The notes beneath the pieces are model-generated. The model had not been told where the DNA came from, made no database searches, and worked only from the letters and a program-made list of their open reading frames with translations. From Felis catus (lineage: Eukaryota): a DNA stretch of 64,000 nucleotides. Below are positions 50,971 to 62,824 of this stretch, in pieces. The position numbers and the translations under genes were made by a program. The stretch covers positions 21,454,001 to 21,518,000 of the forward strand of contig NC_058368.1 in assembly GCF_018350175.1 (NCBI RefSeq), given 5' to 3'. How positions within the stretch are numbered: position 1 is the first letter of the stretch; every line of letters begins with the position of its first letter.

Positions 50971-51116
50971 AGAATGACAGACCTTAATGTGTCATTGTGA
51001 TGATTCATCTTTGTATATATGAGATGGATTGATAGGTGTATATGATTTAATAGAACAAGGTTTTCAGCATGGTTGGCCAAGACCAGCTTCTGCCATCATT
51101 TTCTTATAATTTAAAA

Positions 51117-51318
51117 TGGCCTGGGTGGCTCAGTTGGTTGAGCAGCTGACTTTGGCTCAGGTCATGATCTTAACGGTGTGTGAGCTCAAGCCCTGCATCA
51201 GGCTCTCTGCTGTCAACGCAGAGCCTGCTTCAGATCCTCTGTCCCCTTCTCTCTCTGCCCCTCCCCCGCTCGTGCTCTCTCAAAATAAGTAAACATTAAA
51301 AATTTTTTTAAATAAAAC
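51117..51318 (+). mobile_element. CanSINE
   Basis: cctgggtggctcagttggttgagc... Confidence 0.93.
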
Positions 51319-52666
51319 TGACAAATTCATCCAGTCCAGAAGTTAAGAGTTAAGTGGTGTACCCATATGAAAATGTTAAAGCTTTTTTTTTTTCTAAAGC
51401 AGGCAAGAGTTTTTAATTTGCATTGCATCTGATATATCCCTGTTTTCTTCAAACTACAGTTGCCTTGTCCCCCTTTCTGAAACAAGACTCAATGTTTTGC
51501 ATGTCTTGATATCCCAGTGATAGTGTCCCACTCTATTTTAGAGTGAATACGAGAGGCTTACTGAGATGATCTTGACAGATGTGTCTCCAGATGAGATAAT
51601 CTCTAAAGTATTTACTAAAATAAGAAACTCAGTCTACTCTGAAACTACACTTTCCTTAATAATATATATATTTTTAATTGTGGTAATCTTTCTCCTTCCA
51701 CAAACCTCTGCATTGTGAACTCATAACTTTTGAGAAACTAATAAAAAGCTTGTCTTTCTAATTAAACCATTTGTCAATATTATGAATTGTTTTTGTAAAA
51801 AGTTCTAGGAGGGAAGGCATTATTTGTTCTCTGCAGTATCTCCAATGTCTAAAATAGTATTTGGCACACAGTAGATGTCACTAAAGATTTATTGAATGAA
51901 GGAATGAAGGAACGAATGTCATATGTATCTCCATAGGTAATATGTTTCTATTGGCACATTTTATTTCTCAACTCAAAGTAGTTTCCTGCAAATATGAATG
52001 ACTAAGAACATATTAAACAGTAGTTTTAACATTTCCTGTCTTACTATTTGCCAACCTGTTACAATATTTTTTGTTTTAATGTTTTTAACCAGTTATCAGT
52101 TTTTAATAATCTTATCAGTAAAGCAGTGTTGAACAGTGTTGCATATATAACCATGTCAACTATATCCAACAAGTTAAATCACATAAATGTCAAAAACTTA
52201 GTGTGTCCTAGAATATGATACTAGCAAGGGAAGCAAACACATCATCCCGAAAATTAACTTGACCTGCTAAAACAACTAAATTGGCTTTTCTGCAGAAAAG
52301 AGGGGATAACTGCCACCAAAAACAAAACACTTATTCATAGGGCTTTTTCTCTTATTTGGGTCATTACTTTCAAATACTAACCTTGACATTACTAATCTTG
52401 AAGTATTTTGCACTTCTACATTATACATAACCTTTGAAGTACTGTTAGAAAATTTTAAAAATATGTATTTCTTCCCTACAACCTAGTACACAAATTTGTA
52501 ATTACTAGAAGTTTCTGGATGCCAACTCTTTACTAAGTGGAGGGCCTTCACAGGAAAGGTGGTAAAGTAACATTTGTATCAGTATAAGATAATAAGCCAT
52601 ACTTTGCCATAATAGTCCCCCTAACACTCATCTAACACCCATAGCTTTGTTGAAAATTCCATGCAT

Positions 52667-52893
52667 GGGGGCACCTGGGTGGCTCGGTCGGTTAAGCGTC
52701 TGACTTCGGCTCAGGTCATGATCTCACAGTCCGTGAGTTCGAGCCCCGCGTCGGGCTCTGTGCTGACAGCTCAGAGCCTGGAGGCTGTTTCGGATTCTGT
52801 GTCTCCCTCTCTCTGACCCTCCCCTGTTCATGCTCTGTCTCTCTCTGTCTCAAAAATAAATAAACGTTAAAAAAAAATTTTTTTTTAAAAAAA
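52667..52893 (+). mobile_element. Young CanSINE, followed by (TA)n at 52941-52969
   Basis: TSD gaaaattccatgcat. Confidence 0.96.
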
Positions 52894-52938
52894 GAAAATT
52901 CCATGCATGTATAAGAAAATGAGTATGTTTCCACAATT

Positions 52939-52972
<34 letters not shown>

Positions 52973-53735
52973 GAAGTATTTTCCCACTTTATATGTTGTT
53001 CTACACCTTGCTTTTTTTCCACTTAGAAATATTTGACATTCTTTCCCTAGTTTATAAACTCTTGCCCCATCCTTAAGGACCACATAGTATTTCACTGTAT
53101 GAACCATAATTTACCCATCCCCTGTTGATCAGCTTTGAGTTTATTTCTCATCTTTTGCTGTTACAATGATGTCCTTTCTCCCTTGAATGTGAGCTGAGAA
53201 TAAGGATTTTTGTCTTACTCATTTTTTAATCTTAATAACTTAGTATGGTGTCTAACAAATGTTTAATATATGTTTTTGAATGAATTAATTGTACTTTTTA
53301 AAATGATACTTAACTGCTTCCAGGCAGGTTTTAACCCTACTGTGTGCTTGATACTCTTTGATTTAACGTTTCCTCTTCTAGATGTTTATCCTAGTGTGCA
53401 AAATGACACATATAAATGAGGAATTCCTACAAAAGGAATCATCAAATCAAAGTATATGTGTATTTTAAATGTTAGTAGAGGTTTTCAGAAGCTTTTCACC
53501 AAATGTAGGTGTTAATAACAAAGTTATTATTCCTCTCACCATATGTTTGTCAGTGCTTTACACATAGTAGTGTTAAAATTGTTGAGTGATTGAGCTCACA
53601 TTCAAGTGGGGAAAAAAATGGTTTTTATGACGGCCTATAAGTCTATACAGAAGAAAAGACTGATTGATATGCCTGGGAAAGGAGGGAAACAAGGCCACAG
53701 AGAAGAGGTACAATTGAAAGTGGGCCACCAATCAT

Positions 53736-53758
53736 CTTCTCCTGCCTCCTCCCTCCCT

Positions 53759-53789
<31 letters not shown>

Positions 53790-53905
53790 TCTCCTTTTTC
53801 TTCTTCTTCTTCTTCTTCTTCTTCTTCTTCTTCTTCTTCTTCTTCTTCTTCATCATCATCACCATCACCATCACCATCACCATCACCATCACCATCACCA
53901 TCACC
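53736..53905. repeat. Compound repeat (TCC)n(TTC)n(ATC)n(ACCATC)n
   Basis: Seen directly. Confidence 0.97.
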
Positions 53906-54110
53906 AACAGTGACTTGGTGCCTACCAGGTACCAGATGTGTTGAATACGTTATTTCCTTTTATTTTCACATATCCTACAAGGGAGATATATTATCCCCAC
54001 GTGATAAAGAAGTTGAGGCACAGAAAACTTAAATAACTTGCCCAAGTTGTATAGCTAGTAATTGATTGAGTTGGGATTAGAAATCAAGCATTCTGATTCC
54101 AGAACGCACT
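53906..54110 (-). mobile_element. MIR
   Basis: attatccccac...tgaggcacagaaaacttaaataacttgcccaag... Confidence 0.8.
53959..53964 (-). terminator. Candidate KCNRG poly(A) signal AATAAA
   Basis: First canonical hexamer after the KCNRG stop (~430 nt); lies inside a MIR. Confidence 0.5.
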
Positions 54111-54389
54111 CTTGAAAGCTGTGTAAGTGTTCATGAAGAAAAGAAAGGGAAAGATACATTGAAGGTAGAAGAAACATGTGCCAAAGGACCAAGTGCATGT
54201 TGTTACTTAGAGAACAAGCAGTTAGTATGGCCTAAACACGATTGAGATATGGTTGCCAGAGAAGGCATGCTAGGAGACAAGGCCACAAGTTAAGCTGAGT
54301 ACATATTTGACTAACATATATGCCATAAATACAGAATTTCCAAACAAGAAAATGGCAATTCTCTTCACTCTAAAAGAGAATAGAGAATC

Positions 54390-54630
54390 TCACTTTTTTT
54401 TCTGAGATTGCTCTGATATGATGGTAGTCTCTGGTTTCAGTGTTTTGTTCATGGTGAAAGCTTCAGGCCTTTTTATCCTTTGAAAGCTATAGCATTCAGT
54501 TTTGTCTTCAGAAGATAATGTTCTAGCACTGACTAGATGGAAGCCTTCCATTAATAAAGTGTCGATTAGTAAGCCGAGGACGTTAGTTCCATTGGCCAAT
54601 TTTCGATTATCAGGTTTTATAGAAACATAC
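54390..54630 (-). CDS. KCNRG: KCNRG coding exon 2 (C-terminus; spliced protein 273 aa)
   Basis: Acceptor tgtgtgtcctag|GTATGTT. The frame reads (R)YVSIKPDNRKLANGTNVLGLLIDTLL...EQSQKKK*. 581+241=822 nt, in frame. Confidence 0.95.
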
Positions 54631-55037
54631 CTAGGACACACAACAAATATTTGGTTATAAAGGATCCTTTTAATAACTAGCAAAACTAAACACATAAATT
54701 TGGCTTATAATCTCAGACAAAGGCATCATACCATTTTGATCAGAATTTTTTTTGCGATTTCATTTATAAATCCAAATCAATAGCTTTTTGTCAGGGTACT
54801 GAAAATAGAGACTTTCCTGTGATCCCCACAGTCATTTTAATTCTACATTTAAGAATATAACCAACATTGATGAATTTTCATTGAGAAATTATTTTCTGGA
54901 GCAAGCAATTTGATCAAAAAAATTAGCTTAATTTTTTATATATGTAATTTATTTCCAGTTTTTTTCAAATTACTAAATATTGTTTAAATCGGCTTAACTA
55001 AATTAATTGATTCAATCATTAAAAAAAAATTTTTTTA

Positions 55038-55419
55038 GAGGAGCCTGGGTGACTCAGTTGGTTAAGTGTCTGTGACTTCAGCTCTGGTCATGATCTCAGT
55101 TGTGAGTTTGGGCCCCGCGTCGGGCTTTGTGCTGACAGCTCAGAGCCTGAAACCTGCTTCAGATTCTGTGTCTCTTCTCTTTCTCTCTACATCTTCCCCG
55201 CTCACATTCTGTCTCTCTCAAACATTAAAAAAAATTTTTTTTAATTTTTTTTATTTTAGAGATTGAAGGGGCAGTGAGAGAGGGAGAGAGAGAGTCTTAA
55301 GCAGTCTCCATGTTCAGCACAGAGGCTGCCATGAGGCTTGATCCCGCAATCCTGAGATGATGACCCTAGCCAAAAACAAAAGTCAGATGCTCAAGTGACT
55401 AAGCCACCCAGGTGCCCCT
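55038..55419. mobile_element. Tail-to-tail CanSINE pair (+ 55038-55233; - 55235-55419) in the KCNRG intron
   Basis: Outer TSD attcaatcatt. Confidence 0.92.
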
Positions 55420-56084
55420 AATTCAATCATTTTAATGAACATTTTATGCATTTACAGCTTTCCTCCTAAATCTAATTCTACCCATTATTAGCACTGATAT
55501 CACAAATGTTTTCTTTTGTGACTTATTTCTGTCAAAAGTATTTTCTGAGGTACAATTTTGCATATAAAAAATGTCAATATTTAATCATCAATTTTTACTC
55601 AATAACTATCCATTATTAAAGAGCAAAGCACAGGATCAAAAGGCTATATACAATCTGGAATCAAAATGACAAAACTCTATTTCCTGGGATACTTGATAGA
55701 ACCAATACACATAGTTCAAGAAAAATATACCTGAATTTTCAGACTTGCTATAAATTGGCTTTAATAATGTCAACATAACATGCCCACATAGATACAGCTA
55801 TATTACTCCTTTATCTACTATCAAGGATATTTTTATGTCTTTGAGTCCTCTCACCATTTGTTTATGAGATGTGAAGAAAAGCCTAACTTAAATTACTTCC
55901 ACACATTAGTGGAAGGTTCTCTGTCATTTTATAGCATAAAAAGAGCCTTTAGGACATCCTTAGCCTCCTTTAATTATGATTAAAATTGAGTGGTTACTGT
56001 AGCTCACATTTAGAAATCAATTCTAGGCAAAGAAAATAATAAAATGTAAGATTTATAAAAGCACAAAATACAGATCAGAAAATG

Positions 56085-56090
56085 TTTATT
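56085..56090 (-). terminator. Candidate distal TRIM13 poly(A) signal (long 3'UTR through KCNRG exon 1)
   Basis: AATAAA followed by a U/GU-rich tract on the - strand, ~5.5 kb after the stop, similar to the remembered length of the human long UTR. Confidence 0.5.
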
Positions 56091-57234
56091 ATGTTTGATA
56101 CACCAGATTTTTAACATTGGGAAATCATTCCATCTACTCCAAAGACCCAGATTTTGATTATGTAGCCTAGAAACATTTGTCAAAGAGAAGAAAAGTTACA
56201 GCACATCTCAAAAAATTAAGACACAAATAGTATATAGTAAGTGATAACAAACACTTGGAAGAAATCACTGAGCCACAGTACTTGATTCCCTACGAGGTCA
56301 AATTAAGAAATGAAAGATTATAAAGTGGAAGAAAAGGATAGAAGAACCCACTGAGAAATAGAAAATCAAAACTTATTTTAAAAACTTGAAAGGCAGCTAT
56401 ATTTTCCCATTTGATCCAGTTTAAAAAGGAAAGGTCAGATAGAATAAAGGCTACCAAAGAGACTTTAGAATCCTGTGACCATAACTTGAGCTTAATAATG
56501 TGGTATCATATGAATGGCCTTCTGCAAGATGCAAGCCAAGTATTTCTCATACTATGAACTTGAGAGATAATAACTGAGCAATCTGCTAGGTTAATAAGAT
56601 CGCAGAGTAGTAAATCATAGTAGTGGAACATCCTAAACAGCCCCATGGTACAGCAGACTCTTAGGAGCCGTCCAGGCTTACTCCTCCACTTTCCACCTTC
56701 AAAAAAACATCTGAATGAACAGCTCAGAACAGGAAGTGAACAAGAAATAAAAATAATTGCTAGCCAGGCAGTTATATACCTAAGGTGGGCCTTTCAGGGC
56801 CAGAGTTTTCATCCAATCCCCTGAAATCCCAATAATGCCCCCTTACTAGGTTACCCATCCCTACTTTGAAACTGGCATGACAGAAAAAAAGTCACAAACA
56901 CTTACTGGGTGGAAAAAATTCTGAACTTCAGGCAACTGAACAAAAATACTGTTTGGTGATGAAAATTTTAATTATTAAAATAGCTTCTGGTTTTGGAATT
57001 CTCTATTTGGGAAGTTTAAATATAATGCCATTCTTATATTAAGATGAAAAATTTTTGTACCGTTTCTGAACACAAACAACAAAGGTAAAGTCACTTGGCG
57101 CTGTACATACAAGAATATTCCAACTTTAGTTTTTAATCTTGTTTTAATTTTAAAATGCATAGGTTTTAAAGTGTTCAGTTTACTTTGCGTATTTCTTCTT
57201 AAAATTACACCATTTTACCTTAGGCTTCTAACAT

Positions 57235-57627
57235 TTTTTTAATTTATTTTTTTATTTTTAAAAAAAATTTTTTAAGGTTTATTTATCCTTGAGAGAGAGA
57301 CAGAGTGCAAGCAGGGGAGAGGCAGAGAGAGAAGGAGACACAGAATCCCGAGAAGGCTCCAGGCACCAAGCTGTCAGCACAGAGCCCGATGTAGGGCTTG
57401 AACTCACAAACCGTGAGATCATGACTTGAGCCGAAGTCAGACGCTCAACCAGCTGAGCCACCCAGGCGCCCCTGTTTTTTTTAAAAAAGGATCCTCAAAG
57501 ATCTTAATCATTGGGGTGCCTGGGTGGCTCGGTTGAGCGTCCGACTTTGGCTCAAGTCGTGATCTCACGGTTCATGAGTTCGAAACAAATAAAACAAATA
57601 AACATTAAACAAATAAACATGAAAAAA
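57235..57627. mobile_element. Head-to-head CanSINE pair (- 57235-57472; + truncated 57513-57627)
   Basis: Divergent SINE heads 40 bp apart. Confidence 0.92.
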
Positions 57628-58017
57628 GATTTTTTTTTAAGTTGTTAATTATTAGATCAAATTTAGAAAACAAAAAGCTGGTAGTTTTCCCTTCTATCCA
57701 TGTTGGTGCTCCACCAGCGAAAAGAGAGTTGGACACAGAGACACCTTAAAATGCTTCGAGCTAAAGATAGGGTCTTATGTTCTCCTCGTAATCAGCCTAT
57801 TAATCTAATTGGCCCTCTTTTCCCAAAACGACATTTCAGTCTTTCTAGGAGGGCAGGAAATTATGAAGTGTAAAAAGTTAAGAGTTGTCGTATTGCCCAG
57901 TGTTCTCCAGTTAGTAAGTAGGACCACGGGGTGTACTGTGGGAGAGGCAAACATTGATAGTTCCCAATGGCTACTGCTGAAGAAAATACCCCAAATTATG
58001 TCTACCTTTTCTCCCCA

Positions 58018-58052
<35 letters not shown>

Positions 58053-58854
58053 TATATAGTTATCAGTAAAGAACATATACAGACTACTTTTTTTCCTCCT
58101 GAAAATTAAAGCCAGCTTTCACAGTTAGTAAAATAATGGTGGGACAGCATGAAGACATTTTTTAAGGAGAAAAAAAAATGTGTCCCTGACAGCAGAGTGG
58201 AAATCAGCCTTAGTGCCCAGCCAAGAACAACAAGGAGAGAAAGTGAATAATTGACTCAGAAGCAACTATCCTTAACATACTGACAGCCTATCCCAATATT
58301 TTGAGTTGTCTAAGAGTGCCAAAGATGTAATAGGATACCAAATTTGCTCTGGGATATATCTGCCTTAATGGTGTTTAAAAATAAAGTGGGGTGGAGGAAA
58401 ATCAGTAGTCAGATCATAAGGACTGAAAGAACAAATATACATAGACTGTAAGGAAATCAGGAGAAACTGAAACTTTACCATATGCCAGCCACTAAAAGAA
58501 TCTCTTGGGGGGAAAAAAGGCCTTCTCGGTCCTAAGCCAAATTAATGATCATTAGCAATGGAACATAATGTATAAAATTATTTCCTCTTAGAACTTAAAT
58601 GACCATAGTCCCAGTTTTCCCTGGACAGTCTTGGTTTATTCCTTTTGTCCCACATTGTAACAACAATGCCTCCTTTCACTCTGAAAAGTAGCCCGGTTTG
58701 TACAATTATCTGATCACTCTACCCAACTCTACCAGTTACCCCAAAACATTTGAGTAATCATTTTTTTCTAAGAAAAGTTTCAGGCGTGAGAAACTTTCAG
58801 TTTGAGGGGGAAAGGAACTAGTATAGAAGAGAGATGCTTCAAAATACAAAATAC

Positions 58855-59435
58855 CTGACTCCAGTTTGGTTATCAGTAGTGCTGTCAGAGCCACACTGGA
58901 AAACCAGGTCGTGGTAAGAAGGTCTTTGTGGAGGCAGTGGAAGTAAAGTCATCTGAGGAGGGAAAGAGTTACTACTCCAGGTCATTGCTGAAGGTTGCTC
59001 TATAAACACTGTAATCCTCCCAGTTAGCATCTCAATTGTTTTGCTGCAAGAGCCAAATACCCTGAAAAAAGCTTGAGTGTTTCGGCTTAGGAAATGCACC
59101 TCCAAAAAAGCAGGTCTTGGCTGTAGCAAGTGTTCTTGGTTTAAGAGATCAATCAGAGGATCCAGTTCATAGAAAAGAGCCTCTCTCTGAAGCCTATGAT
59201 AGTCTGAAAAGTCAGTGGGTAATAAAAGCTGGTGAGTTCTCAAAAAATCTAAGATGAAACTAAATAAAACACCATCTCTGTCCACAAAAATCTGGCCATC
59301 AACCATCTTGAATTCTTGGTCTCTGCCATCTATCATTCTTGTCAACCGAGAGGCAGGAAACTGCTTTATGGTAGAAAATCTTGTTGTGAATATCTTCCCT
59401 CCCACATTCAAAGTGACTAGTTCCTGACTACTCAT
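58855..59435 (-). CDS. KCNRG: Potassium channel regulator KCNRG, coding exon 1 (T1/BTB tetramerisation domain)
   Basis: MSSQELVTLNVGGKIFTTRFSTIKQFPASRL...FVDRDG is a KCTD-type BTB domain. Donor GTCAG|gtattt at 58855/58854; 581 nt, phase 2. Confidence 0.97.
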
Positions 59436-59715
59436 TCTTTTCTTGCTTCAAACTAGAGGCTACAAACCATCAGCCACAGACTTAGAAACTTGTAAATCAA
59501 CTTCTAACCCTAAGTGTTGCTAGTTGTATATGATCAAGAAATGGAGGGGAGGGGAAAATAACAAAAAAACAGAGACCTAGATTCCCAGGTAACTACTGTA
59601 AAGCAAATATTGTATCCATAGCTGTGTTTGCAAATTTGAGTTGCTTGGGAACTTGCAGTATACAAAATGAAAAAGCAGCAGTTGAGGTACTGAATTGTTT
59701 AAGAAAAACTGCCTT

Positions 59716-59917
59716 GGGGAGCGTGGTTGGCTCAGTTAAGTGTCCAACTTTGGCTCAGGTCACAATCTCACAGTTCATGAGTTCAAACCCCACATCGGGC
59801 TCTGTGCTGACAGCTTGGAGCCTGGAGCCTGCTTCGGATTCTGTGTCTCCTTCTCCCTCTGCCCCTCCCCCCACTTGCACTCTGTCTCTGTCTCTCAAAA
59901 CTAAACATTAAAAAAAA
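59716..59917 (+). mobile_element. CanSINE
   Basis: TSD aaactgcc. Confidence 0.93.
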
Positions 59918-60022
59918 TTTTTTTAAACTGCCAATATTTCCAAGGTTAGATGTCAAATGGATCCTGTTCCTGTATTGCATAAAAAAATTCTCCATGAAAA
60001 CCTGTTGTAAATCTCATTTAAG

Positions 60023-60062
60023 CACACACACACACACACACACACATACACACACATATACA
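60023..60062. repeat. (CA)n microsatellite
   Basis: Seen directly. Confidence 0.93.
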
Positions 60063-60362
60063 CTGGGAGCAGAAAAGCAACCCCTGCCGGGTTCCCCGGA
60101 CCACTTATCTATGATGAGTCCTCATAGCAGAGGTAAGATTTACAGTGAAACATTTTTATAATTTATGAACCCTTTAGCAATTTTAGCTAAATCATGAATT
60201 GTCAGTTATGGTTGAGGCAGCCATTACCTCAACCAGCAGCTTAATTTGACTCTTTTTCTCATAGCTGGATTCTTCTGTACTTTCAAGTTAGTTGGCCCTT
60301 TTTTTTTTTTTTCTTGTCCCCACTTGTGTTACCTTCTCTCAACCAAATTAAAAGACAGGGTA

Positions 60363-60560
60363 GGGGTGCCTCGGTGGCTCAGTCAGTTAAGCATCCAACT
60401 CTTTATTTCAGTTCAGGTCATGATCTCATGGTTCATAGGATGGAACCTCATGTTGGGCTGACAACACAGAGCCTGCTTGGGATTCCCTCTCCCCCCCCCC
60501 TCTACCCCTCCCCTGCATGCACACACTTTCTCTCAAAATAAATAAACTTAAAAAAATAAA
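60363..60560 (+). mobile_element. CanSINE
   Basis: ggggtgcctcggtggctcagtcagttaagc... Confidence 0.92.
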
Positions 60561-61247
60561 AGGGTAAAGACACTCTGCTTTCCAAAGAATGTTGTTTCAT
60601 GACAGAAATAAGGTAGACTCGAGAGCAGTTCTAAGATGAGTTCTAAGATGAGCAGTTCTTGTCTTCATCTGAATTGTAAGCAAGAGGAGAAAATTAAGTA
60701 TTTCTATTCTGTGGGAGATAGGGCATCTTTATCTCATGTAAGCAGATAGGGCAAAATTAGTGTTTAGCTGATTACTTTGCACTTTATAATAGCTGACAGA
60801 CTCCTCCATCTATTGGCAAATTAATCTTACTACTCTTCAAAAAGATACTGAGCCAGTGGATTGGTTTAGTTGTCCTGTTGCCATGATACTTGGGAACAAC
60901 AACACAACACGTGGCTGCCAGGAAAAAGGCTTTCCCATTTCCTGTTCTTGCCATGTGTTAGACTTTTTTTTGTACCTACCACAGCCACCTAACACTTCTG
61001 TAGTTTATCACCAAAGGAATTTACAAAACCTAAGGAGAACAAGGCAAGCTGAAATCATCACCCTCCTAAAAACGTAAACTGATCCCAAGAAAATGCCACC
61101 TTTTGTTTACCTGAGATTTACATTTTAGCAAAAAACTAAAATTTAGAAATCCAAATCTAGAAAGATTTGGAAATCCAATCCACTCATATCTTTTCCTTTT
61201 TTAAAAGAATGTTCAGTCTCAAAAAGAGTTGCTTTACACGAGTAGTC

Positions 61248-61253
61248 TTTATT
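61248..61253 (-). terminator. Candidate proximal TRIM13 poly(A) signal AATAAA
   Basis: tttatt on + strand, ~350 nt after the stop codon. Confidence 0.55.
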
Positions 61254-61600
61254 ACATGCTTAAATGAACAATCACTGTTATACTACCTCATTAATACAAC
61301 ATTAGATCATGCGCTTTCACCTCCCCTTTTTCCACAGCATCAACACAACTGATATTGGAGGTAGGAGGTGTATTTCAAAAGCACTCTTTAAAAAGGAAGG
61401 AGGGTTCAGGACTGTACTATTAAATTTCACATTTACCTTTATGCTAACTCATTTGAACAACATATATAGGACATTATTTTTGAAAGGAATACTTTGGGCA
61501 GGGAAATACTTCATTGAAATCTTGACCAAATCTGAACTACCACTCAGCTCTTTAACAAATTTCTAACAAAAGACAGAGAACTAAATAGTTGCAACAGATT

Positions 61601-62824
61601 TTATAATAGTTTATATTTGCACACAAATTCTGCCACATTGTTCAGCACCACCAAAGTAAAATTCTTAAATCTTTCACTGAAAATGAAAAATCCATCTGTC
61701 ACCTGTTCCCAATAAAACACTGATTGTTCTACAAAATCAGCTGATTTAGCCAGATAGGAATTGAAGTTGGAGAGGCAGTCTTTCCAAGTTGTGAATTCAT
61801 CAAATAAAGACCCTTCTAGGAATATGGTGGGACCAAAGAAAATGAGAAGGCTGAGCAGAATGACTACCACAAACAACTGAGACAAGCTCCAGGGAATCTT
61901 ACTAACGAACGTGCCAGCATCTTGAGGCAAAGAAAGTTTATCCACATCTACTAGTTTTATGTCTTCCCACTGACTGGTATCAAAGTTCTTCATTAAAGGG
62001 CTTGTGGGCAAATTCGAGGGAGGTAAAGGAGTTTCCTTGATTACTTTTATTTTCTCCCTGAACTCCTGCATCTGTTGCAGAAATATGATGGGTTCTGACA
62101 CGTCTTTGAAAGCCTCAGCAATGTTAAAGGCCATTCGTTGTTCCTGCAAGATGGTGTTGAGTTTGTTGATCTCTGGGTCATAGGCTTGCATAACTGCCAG
62201 TTTCATGGTCTCAAAGTCAGACAGGATTTCATTCTTCTTTTGATCTAATGTATGTTGTAACTTCTCAAAAAACTCCTTCACTTTATCTGAATCTTTAGTC
62301 AGTAACTGTAGAGATTTCCTTTTGCTAGTTTCCAAGGTATCCAAGCGAGAAAGAGCATCTCCCCGACGCCAGGTCTCAAAGCTCTGGAAGAGGGACTCAA
62401 AGGCATCTCTTTCCTGAGCATAGGCATCTTCAATAGAACAGAAGACATGCTTGGTGTGGTCACCACGAGTAGCACAGATCCCGCAAATCAGTTGCATATC
62501 AGTCAGGCAGAAAATGTTGAGGGGTTGCCCCAAGTGTCCTTTGCACACAGGCATTTTGGGAGAGATCTTGATCTTGTTATACTTTTCCACAATACCCTTC
62601 AGGGAGTAATTGACCTGCAGGCTATTGACTCCAGTAGCTGAAGTTTCCTTACGGCATGTAGGGCACTTGAATGGAGATGATCTCCACAACGAATTCCGCA
62701 CGGTCCCCTCTAAGATCCCTTCTAAGCATTTTTTGCAAAAGTTATGCGAGCAAGGCAAAACTCGAGGATCATCAAACAGACTGCAACAAATTGGGCACGT
62801 GAGATCTTCTTCAAGCAGCTCCAT
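61601..62824 (-). CDS. TRIM13: E3 ubiquitin ligase TRIM13 (RFP2/LEU5), 407 aa, whole CDS in one exon
   Basis: ORF MELLEEDLTCPICCSLFDDPRVLPCSHNFC has a C3HC4 RING, a B-box (CKGHLGQPLNIFCLTDMQLICGIC), a coiled coil, a hydrophobic TM segment (LFVVVILLSLLIFFG) and ends VCKYKLL. Acceptor tttctttctttatggtag|GATGTGATG puts the exon start at 62830. The ATG is at 62824; the ORF track starts on the upstream GTG. Confidence 0.98.
   Translation of the reverse strand: MELLEEDLTCPICCSLFDDPRVLPCSHNFCKKCLEGILEGTVRNSLWRSSPFKCPTCRKETSATGVNSLQVNYSLKGIVEKYNKIKISPKMPVCKGHLGQPLNIFCLTDMQLICGICATRGDHTKHVFCSIEDAYAQERDAFESLFQSFETWRRGDALSRLDTLETSKRKSLQLLTKDSDKVKEFFEKLQHTLDQKKNEILSDFETMKLAVMQAYDPEINKLNTILQEQRMAFNIAEAFKDVSEPIIFLQQMQEFREKIKVIKETPLPPSNLPTSPLMKNFDTSQWEDIKLVDVDKLSLPQDAGTFVSKIPWSLSQLFVVVILLSLLIFFGPTIFLEGSLFDEFTTWKDCLSNFNSYLAKSADFVEQSVFYWEQVTDGFFIFSERFKNFTLVVLNNVAEFVCKYKLL

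Noticed and set aside
53606..53944. 112-aa and 90-aa ORFs with poly-S/F/IT and poly-MV/K/E
   Set aside because: Translations of the compound microsatellite.
54631..54695. N-terminal part of the 101-aa ORF (MCLVLLVIKR…)
   Set aside because: Intronic sequence upstream of the KCNRG exon 2 acceptor.
16619..60541. Many 60-120 aa ORFs sharing AQVMISQFVSSSPASGSVLTAQSLEPASDSVSPSL
   Set aside because: Translations of CanSINE copies, not a gene family.
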